Part shown: in pieces, positions 16,977 to 26,821 of the stretch
How the letters are laid out: every line of letters starts with the position of its first letter
How positions within the stretch are numbered: the first letter of the stretch is position 1
Source: Bdellovibrio sp.
GTDB lineage: Bacteria > Bdellovibrionota > Bdellovibrionia > Bdellovibrionales > Bdellovibrionaceae
Assembly (NCBI GenBank): GCA_036677065.1
Contig: JAKFBS010000003.1
Span: 320,001-384,000 of the forward strand
Direction: 5' to 3'
DNA length: 64,000 nt
The notes under the pieces: model-generated
Database searches by the model: none
Told to the model about the DNA's origin: nothing
The model's input: the letters and a program-made list of their open reading frames with translations, nothing else
Position numbers and translations under genes: made by a program

Positions 16977-19900
16977 ATTTTTCGCTAGCGCAGAATAAAG
17001 TGCAATTCATCCGCGCCGGTGCGGGTGCGGGTAAAACGACGACTTTAATTGCGACATGCATCGCTTTTGCGAAACAGTTTAAAGCAAAAAACAATCGTTA
17101 TCCAAAAATCATCATTACGACATTCACGAAAAAAGCCACGCAAGAGATTAAAGAGCGTTTAATCATTGAAGCCCTTGAAACCAAAGATGAAGAGCTTTTT
17201 CAGTACTTTAATAAAAAGTCGTTCGTTCAAATCGGAACGATTCATAATATATTAAATTTATTCTTACGCCAGCATTCCGAGGCCATCGGTTTACCGGCAG
17301 ATCTGGCGATCGTGAATGATTATAAAATCTTTTTTGCTTTAAAAAAGTATATCAAGGGCGTATTCGAAAAAAACCCACAATATCAGACTTTGCTGGATCA
17401 CTTTCGATTTGATCAGTTAATGCAGCTGTTATTAAAAGCTTCAAGCCTAAAGCTTGAAAACCCAACGTTTAAAGCGGCGAACCTAGCAACCTTGCAACAA
17501 GCCGCAAACATCGAAAAACAAAGTGTGTTGGCAACATTAGAGCTATTCTTAGCTGGAGCAAACAGTTACCCAGAAAAATGGCTTCCGCATATTGATTTCT
17601 TAAAACTAGTTAAAAAGGCCATCATCGAGCAAAATTACGATGATCTCATGCAAGCTTATGAAACCAAGCCGACAAAATTCAGATTAAGTAAAAAAGCCGA
17701 AATCGATGAAGAGCTCAATGAGGCCATCGGTGATATATTTAAAGAGCCCTTATCGCCGATGTGTTTTGATCAGTATTTACAAGTCGCAGACCAAATCAAC
17801 GCACTATTTTCTGAATTAGCTAATGAGGCCGCAGGCTTTATTGATCGTCTACGCTTAAACAGCGGTGAAATGTCGATTTCTGATCTTGAACTATTATCAA
17901 TGAAAATTATCACAGAAAGCCCGCAGGCAATGCAGGCTTTTGCTTCGCAGTTTGATTTTATTATGGTCGATGAATACCAAGATACTTCACCACTGCAGGT
18001 GAAAATCTTAAATCAACTGATGCAGGATAAATTTCAATTTATAGTGGGCGATCCGCAACAAAGTATTTATCTGTTTCGTGGCGCCAGATCAGAAGTATTC
18101 ACTAATAAAGAAAAAGAAATTAATCAGCAGGGTTTTGCAACCACGCAAAAAATGCAGAACTATCGTTCGCACCCAAGGTTAATGTCATTTATGAATGATT
18201 TTTTTGAAGGTTATTCGCGTCAGTTTATGCCAATGCAAACTAAGAGTGATGACTTTGTAGCGCGTGCTTTTCCAGAAGCCACCTTAATCACAACGGTTGA
18301 ACATGAATACGGATCAATTGTGACTCAGGCGATGAATTTACACAAAAAAGGAATTCCATTTTCAGACATTACCGTTTTATTTAAGAAAAACTCTGACATC
18401 TTAGATTTCGCAAAATACGCCAATCAGTTCAACTTGCCGGTACAGGTGCAGATTTCTAAAGGTTTTGAAGATAAATCTGAAGTCGGCGATTTATTAGCTC
18501 TATTACGTTTTTTGATTAATCCTTTTGATAATCATAATTTAATCCGTTTAAGCAGAGCTCCTTGGTTTAATATCAGTGATCAAGAAATCATCGAATTACG
18601 TCAGGATGAAACGACCACTTCTTTTTGGTTACAATTAAAAAAGAAAAACCATCCGATCTATCAAAATTTAAAAGAGATCGAAAAATGCTATCTTGAAAAA
18701 GGTGTTTCTGAAGCTATATTCTACTTTATCAGTCATTCGGTATTTTTAGATGCTTCAGCATATTTTGACCCAACTTCATTACGCGAAGCCAATATCTGGA
18801 AGTTCTTGCAAACAGTGATGGCTAACGAAGTGCGCGCTGATTTTAATTTAAGTGATTTTGTAAATAATGAGCTGACACAGTTTAACTCTGATTTATCGTC
18901 ATCAGACGGCGAGGGTGTTCCGTTATTTGCTGCCAACCGTGTTGCTTTAATGACAGTGCATGGATCTAAAGGATTACAGTTTAAACATGTGATTATCAGC
19001 GGTTTTAACTTAGCTGTTAGAAACTCTGGAACCGACGTATTCACTTTTGATGAAGAATCAGCGCAGTTTTCTTTAAAAGTGCAATTGCCGCAATTTGATA
19101 AAGGTTATGCGACGTCTTGGGCTGATTTGGTTTTTCAGAAGTTTTTAGTCCGGGCGCGCGAAGAAAACGATCGTGTATTATATGTGGCAATGACCCGTGC
19201 AATTGATTCGTTAACGATGATTCGCGAGCAGGCTAAAAATCCTCCGAAAAACTCTTGGTTAGAAAAAATCAACTGGGCGCCAGAACAATTCGAATCCGAT
19301 AAATACAGTGTCGAGTTCATAGAAATGAATGAAGAACCTGAAGTTCTGGTTCAAGAAGTGCAAAACCAAGGCTTAGACATTAAACCGCTTGAAATGGCTA
19401 AAGACTACCGGGTATCGGCAGGGGTCACAAGCCTGGTTTCGGCAGAGCTTCCATATGAAAAAGAAACCACCACGGCAAAACCAGAACAATTGGCCGAAGA
19501 ACTTTCAGAACAAACAGTTAAAGCGTATAACAAAACTCAAAAAGGAACAGACCTGCATAAGTTTTTTGAGTCGTTAAAATACAATCAAGTGAGTGAAATC
19601 GATCGCAATCTGTCGGACGCAGATCGTAAGGCCTTACAATGGCTGATTGACCAACAAGAAGTAAATTTAAGAGAGTTATTTGATCGCGGACACGTTGAAT
19701 GGGGTTTTGGCCTACAGGTGAAAACTGCCGATAACACTCGTATGGTTCAGGGGCAAATCGATGCTTGGGGGTATGTAGGTGATGACTTGTATATTCTTGA
19801 CTATAAAACAGGAAGCACGAAATACTTAAGACAGGCCTTTGATCAACTGCGAGCCTACGCGGGTTGTTTAAAACAGATGGGGATGGTCAGTAAAGACCAG

Positions 19901-19993
19901 CGCATCCGACTTGCGGTAATTTATCCGTTTGAGCAAAAGGTAAAGTTCGAAGATATTTTCGAACCAAATGTACACCTGGAGTTTGCAACATGA
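16952..19993 (+). CDS. addA: ATP-dependent helicase/nuclease subunit A (UvrD-like helicase plus RecB-type nuclease)
   Basis: RAGAGAGKT, ITTFTKKA, MVDEYQDT, VGDPQQSIYLFRGA, NYRS, MTVHGSKGLQF, LYVAMTRA, and GQID…ILDYKTG. Start likely ATG 16952. Confidence 0.88.
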   Translation: MSSQKPEIDFSLAQNKVQFIRAGAGAGKTTTLIATCIAFAKQFKAKNNRYPKIIITTFTKKATQEIKERLIIEALETKDEELFQYFNKKSFVQIGTIHNILNLFLRQHSEAIGLPADLAIVNDYKIFFALKKYIKGVFEKNPQYQTLLDHFRFDQLMQLLLKASSLKLENPTFKAANLATLQQAANIEKQSVLATLELFLAGANSYPEKWLPHIDFLKLVKKAIIEQNYDDLMQAYETKPTKFRLSKKAEIDEELNEAIGDIFKEPLSPMCFDQYLQVADQINALFSELANEAAGFIDRLRLNSGEMSISDLELLSMKIITESPQAMQAFASQFDFIMVDEYQDTSPLQVKILNQLMQDKFQFIVGDPQQSIYLFRGARSEVFTNKEKEINQQGFATTQKMQNYRSHPRLMSFMNDFFEGYSRQFMPMQTKSDDFVARAFPEATLITTVEHEYGSIVTQAMNLHKKGIPFSDITVLFKKNSDILDFAKYANQFNLPVQVQISKGFEDKSEVGDLLALLRFLINPFDNHNLIRLSRAPWFNISDQEIIELRQDETTTSFWLQLKKKNHPIYQNLKEIEKCYLEKGVSEAIFYFISHSVFLDASAYFDPTSLREANIWKFLQTVMANEVRADFNLSDFVNNELTQFNSDLSSSDGEGVPLFAANRVALMTVHGSKGLQFKHVIISGFNLAVRNSGTDVFTFDEESAQFSLKVQLPQFDKGYATSWADLVFQKFLVRAREENDRVLYVAMTRAIDSLTMIREQAKNPPKNSWLEKINWAPEQFESDKYSVEFIEMNEEPEVLVQEVQNQGLDIKPLEMAKDYRVSAGVTSLVSAELPYEKETTTAKPEQLAEELSEQTVKAYNKTQKGTDLHKFFESLKYNQVSEIDRNLSDADRKALQWLIDQQEVNLRELFDRGHVEWGFGLQVKTADNTRMVQGQIDAWGYVGDDLYILDYKTGSTKYLRQAFDQLRAYAGCLKQMGMVSKDQRIRLAVIYPFEQKVKFEDIFEPNVHLEFAT

Positions 19994-20433
19994 ATCTTTT
20001 AAGACGTCAGTATTTCATTTATCCTGAAATCCAAAAACCATTAATGATGCAAATTTTTATAGGATTAACAATTCTATCAATCATCCAAATCGCAGGAATT
20101 TTCTTAGCGATGAAATGGATGGGAGCCCAAGTCGCTGCCGACATCACATTAGTCGTTGATTACAGAGTCCTTGGCCCCTGGAAAAACTTTTTATATATGG
20201 CGATCGTATTACCGATGATCGTAAATTTAGTGATCGGCATTTTCATCGTGTTGTACACCTCAAATAAATTCGCAGGCCCGTTATTTCGCCTTGAACGTGA
20301 AATCGACCGCTACTTAGCCGGCGAAACAGACAGTATCCAAGTAAAATTCAGAACCTCTGATTACTTGCATACCTTGGCTACAAAAATCAATTCCATCGAC
20401 CAAAAAGCCAAACGCCAACAAAATTTAACTTAA
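19990..20433 (+). CDS. Two-TM membrane protein with HAMP-like C-terminus
   Basis: RRQYFI…Q start, two hydrophobic helices, and SNKFAGPLFRL…FRTSDYLHTLA; ATGA overlap with addA. Confidence 0.75.
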   Translation: MNLLRRQYFIYPEIQKPLMMQIFIGLTILSIIQIAGIFLAMKWMGAQVAADITLVVDYRVLGPWKNFLYMAIVLPMIVNLVIGIFIVLYTSNKFAGPLFRLEREIDRYLAGETDSIQVKFRTSDYLHTLATKINSIDQKAKRQQNLT

Positions 20434-20436
20434 CGC

Positions 20437-20468
20437 AAAAAAAAGGCCCGGTATTTCTACCGAGCCTT
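20437..20468 (-). terminator. Intrinsic terminator downstream of the giant metalloprotease gene
   Basis: Minus strand AAGGCTCGGTA-GAAA-TACCGGGCCTT followed by a T run: 11-bp stem with one G-U pair and a GAAA tetraloop. Confidence 0.85.
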
Positions 20469-20497
20469 GGAAGAAGTTTAACTTCTTAAAGCAAAGA

Positions 20498-23400
20498 CTA
20501 ATGAGTCGAAGCTTGGTCTAAATCTACGTAACGAGTGTAAGTACTTAACTTATCAATCACGTCAGTTAATTTAGCTTGTTGTTCAGATAACTTCTTAGTG
20601 TTCATCATAAGGCCAGTGATTTGCGCGCCTGTAATTTCAGATACGCCATCTTGTAGCTTCACTTTGATCTCAGCCGTTGATTCAGCCATGTACATTTGAG
20701 CGATAGCCATTGCAGGTAATGCAGATAACTGTTCGTTCTCTTGTGACATCTGTTGCAACACTTTAACGATCATGCCGATAGTTGCATCTAATTGGTCAAC
20801 CGGAGTTGATTGTAATAGACCCATGACTTGTTCAAATGTGCCTAATTGGCTGAATAACTGTTCGCGCATGATTTCAACTTGCACTACGAAGTTAACTTTA
20901 GAATCCGCAGCATCAAGAGCTTTTGGCATAATCACTTCTTTAGCATTTAATTGACGTAACTTATTTACGATCTTCTTAGCTTCAGCATCGGCTTTGCCTT
21001 TGGCTGCCTTAATCGCAGGGTTAGTTTTAGCTAACTCAGCAACGTATTGTTCATCAGTTTTAGCTTGAGCTGCATCGCAACCTTCAGCATCTAATGGTTC
21101 ACCAGTTTCTTGATTCATTTCACAAGCTGCTTCTTTGATAGCTGCGATTGGGCCTTTAACAGCTTTATCAGCTTCAGCTAAAACTTTTAAGTTCGGGAAT
21201 AAATCAGTTTTAGAACTAACTAATACTTCAGCACGAGCGGCTTGCATAATGATTGAGTTTGAACCCATAGCATTTTGAGCTGCGTGGTACACAACAGTAT
21301 CAGATAATTTTCTGTCCTGGCCCATACGAACTACGTTGATACGGTCTTTCGGAGCTTGTTTAACATATGAACGACCTACTAATAAAGTCTCAGCAAATTT
21401 ATCGTAAGAAGAAAATTTAGCCTGGTTCATACCGATAACAGCAGCAATCGCTGTGTTGTCAGCTAAGTTACGGTTAACTTCAACCGGAATATCGATATTC
21501 ATCAAATCACCAGTTGGTGTGTAGAAACCAGAAGTTAAGTTATTCGTAATGATATCGATCGTCGTTTGGATAGTTAAAGATTCAGATGGATCTTTAACGC
21601 CTAAGAAGAACTGTTCGAAATCAGTATACGAAATCATGTTCATCTGAGAATCATCTGTACCGCCCATTTGAGACGCAGTTAATAGATAGTTCATCGCAAA
21701 CATTTTATCGTAACCAATACCGATAGTATCGATTTTATCTTTAGTTAACATTTTATCATATACAGAACGAGCTTCTAAAACTTTGATATCTTTTTTCTCG
21801 TCTAGTTCAGGTTTACCGTCTGCACCGATCACTGGTTGGCCTTCAGCATCAAGTTTTAAAACTTTGTATGTGTAAGGGATCGCGTAGAAACGTTTTTTAA
21901 CATCTGTCATACTAATGCCATCAGCATCAGGGATACGTATTAATTCGTGAAAGAATTGGTATCCAGTAATAGTTGATTCAACTAAGTTGTTTAAGTGAGC
22001 TTGATCAGCTTGTTCACCACGGCCTGAACCGTAGATCGCAGCCATTAACGTTTGATCTAAGAAACCACGGATTTCTTCGAACAATTGTACGTTACGTAAG
22101 ATAACTCCAACTTTTTCATTCCAAGCAAAGTTAATTCTATCGTAAACGTAGTAACGGTTAGCGTATGAACGAGTGTAGTCAGCAATTTTGTTCGCTACGA
22201 TTTCTTGTGGAGTTCCACCGACGTCGAAACGAGCACACATAATGTCTGAACCAACCATCATATCGTGACATTGAGCATAGTGCTCAAGTAAGCCAGTTGT
22301 ATTAACTGTATCTTTAGTAAAGTGAACTAAAGAATTCTTACCTAAGATTTTTGCCGCGTCAGCAATTGAAATTAAATGACCGTTGATAATATCAATTTTG
22401 TTAGCTTTGAAATTATCCATCGTCTTTTGGTTTTTTAAGATCTCTGGGTTAAGAGGTACTAAGCCTGTGTATGCTGCACGAATAGCGTGAACATCGTAAG
22501 GGCCAGGACCAGCGTAATGTTGTTCGATATCAGAGATATAATCCATGATCGACGAGTAGTTACGGTGAGTTTGTTTGCCTTCTTCTTTTTGGTCAGCGAA
22601 TTCGTAATTAGCTACGTCAGTTGAACCAGTAAAGTTATGCATTAAACCAAACGCATGACCTAATTCGTGTGACAGCGTGCTCATGACCGCCATTTTGAAG
22701 TTGATCATTAAGTTTTTCTTAGGATCTGGATCAGCCATTAAAGCTGAATCTTCGATTTCAGGACGAGAATGGTAGAAACAACCCGGACGGTTTACTTGCG
22801 TACGGTCAAACTTCATAGCCATTGATAATTGAGCCTGACGTTTGTTAAGTGCTGCTTTCGTTAATTCAGAAAGACCAGCATGAGTTAACATTACATCATT
22901 CATTCTGAATTCTAGTTCAAGAGGATTACGTTTTAACGATTTATCCATCGCAAGTTCAGTTAATTTTAATGTGAAAGTGTCAGAATTAACTGGGTAGTTA
23001 ATTTTTTGACCTTTTTTAGTTCCTTTAAACATGTCTTTAGAAATAGCCGGTAAACCTAACGCCGCAGTGTTCGTCGAAGATTTAACGTCTAATTGTTTAA
23101 GAGCAGCTCTTAAAGTTTTTTGATCAAGATCTAAAGATTTTAAAGTTTGTTTTAAAATTCTTTCTTGTAACTTGATTTTGTTCTGAACTTTTTCTGCACC
23201 GGCAGCAACTTTGTTTTCGCCAGCAGCAGCAGCTTTAGCGGCTTCTTCTTTTGCAGCTTGGTCAGCAGAAGCGATAATTTCTTCTTCTTTCGCAGCGGCA
23301 TCTACAGCTTGTTTTTTGATAGATTCGATCATCTTCTCGTAGGCACGAGAGATTTTCGTATTTTTCAATAACACTTCTGTTTGTTGGAATGTGTTACCTG

Positions 23401-25720
23401 TGTAAACGATAACGTTAGCTGATTCGATCGCACCTGATTTAGGATTAGCTGCTGGTTGAGCAACACCTAATAAACCGTTATCAGCCGGGATTTCATTGAA
23501 CCAGATGTAGTTCTTATCTAAGTCACCAAGGTGACCAGTTTCTTTACCGGCATCTTCAACGATAAGTTGAACGTAATCACCAGTACGCTCTAATGCCGTA
23601 CCTTTGAAAGACATTCTGAAAGAAGCATTCCACTCAGTCATAACTTGTTGAGCTGCTTCAACTAATAATTGTCTTCTTTCTGCATTTGTAGCAGAAGCTT
23701 CATTAATACCACCTAAGTACCATTTAACTACGCGGCCGTTACGGAAATCATGAATCATCGGCATGTACTTTTCAGAACCATCACGGTTACTTAAAGTACC
23801 GTTCGTAGTTACTTTATCAGCTAAAGTAAATACACCGAAGTTGAATGCACTTTGAGCCATGTGCGAAATGTTCATAGAGAACTGAGAATCAGTGTTTGCT
23901 TTGTTCTCGTGTTTAACAAAAGAAATACGCTCTTGAACGTTAAAGTTAAATTGCGCACTTCCAGCCCAGTAAGCTGAATTTACATCTTTGATCGCGGCAC
24001 ACGCTGTATCAACAGTGTATGAACTTGCGATTGATAAATTAAGTACGCCATCAGAAGCTAAGCGCATATCTGTAGCAGTCACTTTTTGTGAAGATTCAGC
24101 TCTGAAGCATGAACCCATATCGTAGAAAGCTAACGGAGAAGAGGCATCTGGTACTGTATTACGAGTCCAGTCAATAGCAGCTACTTCAGCTTTTTCTTTA
24201 GTTGTTTCAACCCATTTCGGAATTGTTAATTTAGTTCCGTTAGCAGTTTCGCGGATCGCACGAAAGTAACGAACCGGAATAGACATCATTTCTTCTTTAT
24301 CTTTTGCACCTTGGCCAGTGTATTGGATTAAAGACATTTGGTTACGAACAACGATACGCTCGTCTTCTAATTCGAATTTAACTAAAGACATATCACCAGA
24401 AGTACCAGTACGGCCTAAGAATGAACTAGCAGCGTCTTCTAAAGTACGACGAAAGAAAAATTCACCTTTTAAGTCAGCTAAAATTAATGTGCTGTTTGGA
24501 TCAAGGATATCATTTAAGATTTCAACTTGAACGGCTGGAGTTTGTTGGCGAATTTGAACTAAACCAACTGATTCGCTAGCTGAAACTTCTTCTAATTCAA
24601 CATCTGAAGATGTTGTACCCGTAGAATCTGTTAAAGCTAATTTAGGTTTAACATGCTCTAACTGAACAGTCGCCGTCATTACGATAACACAGTTTTGCTC
24701 TTTAGAACCAATAACCGCTACAACGTCAGCATCAGAACAACGTTTAATAGATCCATTAGAACTGTTGTTTGTTAAAAGACGTTGTTGGCTTTCAGAAAGC
24801 TTATCTAAAGTCGTGATCTCGTAAACTAATAGGCTTCCGCTATCAACTTTAGTTAATACTTTTGAATTTTCGTTTATAAATTTAAGACCGATTTTTAAAC
24901 GTGACGCTAATTCACCTGCACTTGATACTTGGTTATCAAGCTTAGAAGCTACGAATAGCTCATTCATCGTTTTAGTTTGACCGGCTTTTAAACCGATAAC
25001 TTCACGCGCATCAGATAAAGAACTGATCTGGATGTGAGTTGCATTTTTAAAGTCAGTACCTTTTAAAGATAAAGTTGCTGTGTCTTCTTTAAGGTCATTT
25101 TTTACTTTTTGTAAAACGCCGTAGCCGACGATGTTGTATTTAAACATCGGCACTAATAAGGCACCTTGTGAAGCTCCAACTTTAATTTTTTCAGATTCAG
25201 ATGAAGCTGCTTTTTGTTGGTTTAATAATGTTTTTAACTCAACACCACTTGCTTTAGAAACTTCAGATAATAACTGAGCTTGGCGGGCAGTGATCGCGAT
25301 AGATTTTTCTAACGCCGTTAAGTCGTTAGCGCTTTCGGCAACTTTATAAGCCGTCAAAGTATTCTTATCTACTGAGAAAGTAATTTTAAAGTTTTTAACC
25401 GATTGGCCAATCATTGGGAGTCTATCAAACATGAACTTCATGCGGGCAGGAACGCTGACCTCGTCTGAAGACAGCTTAGCCGTCGTTTCAGTATTCAAAG
25501 CTTGCACTGATTCATCAGCGCCGGCAGCTTCGATATCTTCGCGAGAAGCAGAAAAAGCCGAGGTCGCAGATGGCGCGCCGAATTCAGAGATCGCATAGAT
25601 ATCTGCTTTCATGTCCTCTGGTAATTCTGCACCACGTTTTTTCGTACATGATGTAATCACCATAATTGCGATTAAGGACATCGTTAAACTTAACAGCTTA
25701 CGTTCCTGGTTGTTTTTCAT
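20498..25720 (-). CDS. Giant (about 1740 aa) zinc-dependent metalloprotease lipoprotein (metzincin)
   Basis: GAGGGA SD before MKNNQE, lipobox VITS-C, HELGHAFGLMHNF zinc motif, Met-turn SSIMDY, and GPYDVHAIRAAY. Confidence 0.85.
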   Translation of the reverse strand: MKNNQERKLLSLTMSLIAIMVITSCTKKRGAELPEDMKADIYAISEFGAPSATSAFSASREDIEAAGADESVQALNTETTAKLSSDEVSVPARMKFMFDRLPMIGQSVKNFKITFSVDKNTLTAYKVAESANDLTALEKSIAITARQAQLLSEVSKASGVELKTLLNQQKAASSESEKIKVGASQGALLVPMFKYNIVGYGVLQKVKNDLKEDTATLSLKGTDFKNATHIQISSLSDAREVIGLKAGQTKTMNELFVASKLDNQVSSAGELASRLKIGLKFINENSKVLTKVDSGSLLVYEITTLDKLSESQQRLLTNNSSNGSIKRCSDADVVAVIGSKEQNCVIVMTATVQLEHVKPKLALTDSTGTTSSDVELEEVSASESVGLVQIRQQTPAVQVEILNDILDPNSTLILADLKGEFFFRRTLEDAASSFLGRTGTSGDMSLVKFELEDERIVVRNQMSLIQYTGQGAKDKEEMMSIPVRYFRAIRETANGTKLTIPKWVETTKEKAEVAAIDWTRNTVPDASSPLAFYDMGSCFRAESSQKVTATDMRLASDGVLNLSIASSYTVDTACAAIKDVNSAYWAGSAQFNFNVQERISFVKHENKANTDSQFSMNISHMAQSAFNFGVFTLADKVTTNGTLSNRDGSEKYMPMIHDFRNGRVVKWYLGGINEASATNAERRQLLVEAAQQVMTEWNASFRMSFKGTALERTGDYVQLIVEDAGKETGHLGDLDKNYIWFNEIPADNGLLGVAQPAANPKSGAIESANVIVYTGNTFQQTEVLLKNTKISRAYEKMIESIKKQAVDAAAKEEEIIASADQAAKEEAAKAAAAGENKVAAGAEKVQNKIKLQERILKQTLKSLDLDQKTLRAALKQLDVKSSTNTAALGLPAISKDMFKGTKKGQKINYPVNSDTFTLKLTELAMDKSLKRNPLELEFRMNDVMLTHAGLSELTKAALNKRQAQLSMAMKFDRTQVNRPGCFYHSRPEIEDSALMADPDPKKNLMINFKMAVMSTLSHELGHAFGLMHNFTGSTDVANYEFADQKEEGKQTHRNYSSIMDYISDIEQHYAGPGPYDVHAIRAAYTGLVPLNPEILKNQKTMDNFKANKIDIINGHLISIADAAKILGKNSLVHFTKDTVNTTGLLEHYAQCHDMMVGSDIMCARFDVGGTPQEIVANKIADYTRSYANRYYVYDRINFAWNEKVGVILRNVQLFEEIRGFLDQTLMAAIYGSGRGEQADQAHLNNLVESTITGYQFFHELIRIPDADGISMTDVKKRFYAIPYTYKVLKLDAEGQPVIGADGKPELDEKKDIKVLEARSVYDKMLTKDKIDTIGIGYDKMFAMNYLLTASQMGGTDDSQMNMISYTDFEQFFLGVKDPSESLTIQTTIDIITNNLTSGFYTPTGDLMNIDIPVEVNRNLADNTAIAAVIGMNQAKFSSYDKFAETLLVGRSYVKQAPKDRINVVRMGQDRKLSDTVVYHAAQNAMGSNSIIMQAARAEVLVSSKTDLFPNLKVLAEADKAVKGPIAAIKEAACEMNQETGEPLDAEGCDAAQAKTDEQYVAELAKTNPAIKAAKGKADAEAKKIVNKLRQLNAKEVIMPKALDAADSKVNFVVQVEIMREQLFSQLGTFEQVMGLLQSTPVDQLDATIGMIVKVLQQMSQENEQLSALPAMAIAQMYMAESTAEIKVKLQDGVSEITGAQITGLMMNTKKLSEQQAKLTDVIDKLSTYTRYVDLDQASTH

Positions 25721-25785
25721 ATTTCCCTCTTTCATTTTCATTTCTTTAATTCCTTTAAACGTTCTAATTCTTTAACTCTTTAAAA

Positions 25786-26709
25786 TTACATTGAAGCGCT
25801 GATGCCCATATAAACCGATGAAGCGTTCTCATCGATCACTTCCAGGTTTGATTCATAGCCATTGGCTTTGATCATCGCCCCTTCGTTTGAATGACCAACA
25901 TTCACGGCGAAGTTGTCATTTAGGCTGTAGCCAATCTCTTGCCCCAGGGCAAAAGATTCGCGAACATTCCCCTGATACGTCCAGCGAGAACGGTGCAGGT
26001 AACTTAATGAAAAACTAAAATCAGCAATTGAATAGCTGATATCCATTGATTGATTCGATGAATATTTATTTAAAACTTTGCCATTGATATTTTCTTCGTA
26101 AGCATAAAAGTTTTGTCCTGCAGATAAACCGATTAACACAGACCAAACACCGTCAGATTTGTAAATACCATCCGGAATGATTCCAAACGCCACAGATCCA
26201 GAAAGTGAGCCTTGTAGTTCATCACGCTTGGTAGAGCCTTTAGACATTGGAATCACAGTAGAAATCGCAGGTCTAAAAGTCAGAATATAAGGAGCAGACC
26301 ATGCCCACTTTGCTGATTTAAATGAATATTTAAGCGATGGATCAAGTAATCCTGCAGCTGTGTTCTCTGCATCTTTTAAGTCATTAGAGTAATCGACAAC
26401 CATAGATAAAGAGTGGCCGTTCGTGAAACCAGCACCTACGATAAAACGAAAATCTAATGAATCGCTACGGCTGCCATCTTGATGATCATATAAGTTAGTT
26501 GAACGTGAAACATCCACCGAAGCGCTATATGTATTTGATGGCTCTACTTCTTTTTCTCGTGGTGGTGTGTATGAAGACACGGCTGAACTATTTACATTGG
26601 CTGCAAAAGAGTTCGACGCCAAAAGGATACTGGCTAACATTGAGACAACTACCGCTAATAGTGTCACTTTATGTTTTAAATTGAATACATTGCTCATTAA
26701 AGCCTGCAT
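25786..26709 (-). CDS. Putative outer-membrane beta-barrel protein
   Basis: Signal peptide (…LASNSFA|A), Ser/Tyr/Gly-rich alternating strands, final strand SSVYMGISASM. Start uncertain (26745, 26709 or 26697). Confidence 0.65.
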   Translation of the reverse strand: MQALMSNVFNLKHKVTLLAVVVSMLASILLASNSFAANVNSSAVSSYTPPREKEVEPSNTYSASVDVSRSTNLYDHQDGSRSDSLDFRFIVGAGFTNGHSLSMVVDYSNDLKDAENTAAGLLDPSLKYSFKSAKWAWSAPYILTFRPAISTVIPMSKGSTKRDELQGSLSGSVAFGIIPDGIYKSDGVWSVLIGLSAGQNFYAYEENINGKVLNKYSSNQSMDISYSIADFSFSLSYLHRSRWTYQGNVRESFALGQEIGYSLNDNFAVNVGHSNEGAMIKANGYESNLEVIDENASSVYMGISASM

Positions 26710-26762
26710 AGGTTCTTTCTGGCCGGGATTCAAATTCCCGATCATGTCTCGTTATGGAACTA

Positions 26763-26778
26763 TGCGAGACGCGTGCCT
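26763..26778 (-). promoter_or_regulatory. Putative sigma54 promoter for the barrel plus metalloprotease operon
   Basis: Minus strand AGGCACGCGTCTCGCA is GGCACG-N4-TCGC, with GG-N10-GC spacing. Confidence 0.6.
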
Positions 26779-26785
26779 AAAGAAT

Positions 26786-26814
26786 TTCACAAATTGGAGT
26801 TTTCTCTCTAGTAT
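26786..26814 (+). promoter_or_regulatory. Sigma70-type promoter giving a probably leaderless rnhA mRNA
   Basis: TTCACA-N17-TAGTAT-N7-ATG(26822), with no SD. Confidence 0.6.
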
Positions 26815-26821
26815 GTGTTTT

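Noticed and set aside
14268..19993. Helicase plus PD-(D/E)XK nuclease pair as an anti-phage or Cas4-type system
   Set aside because: Motif order, sizes and Fe-S cysteine pattern fit ordinary AddAB recombinational repair.
26567..26821. 85-aa N-terminal extension of rnhA in the ORF track
   Set aside because: Overlaps the opposite-strand gene and its promoter; RNase H homology and a sigma70 promoter both point to ATG 26822.
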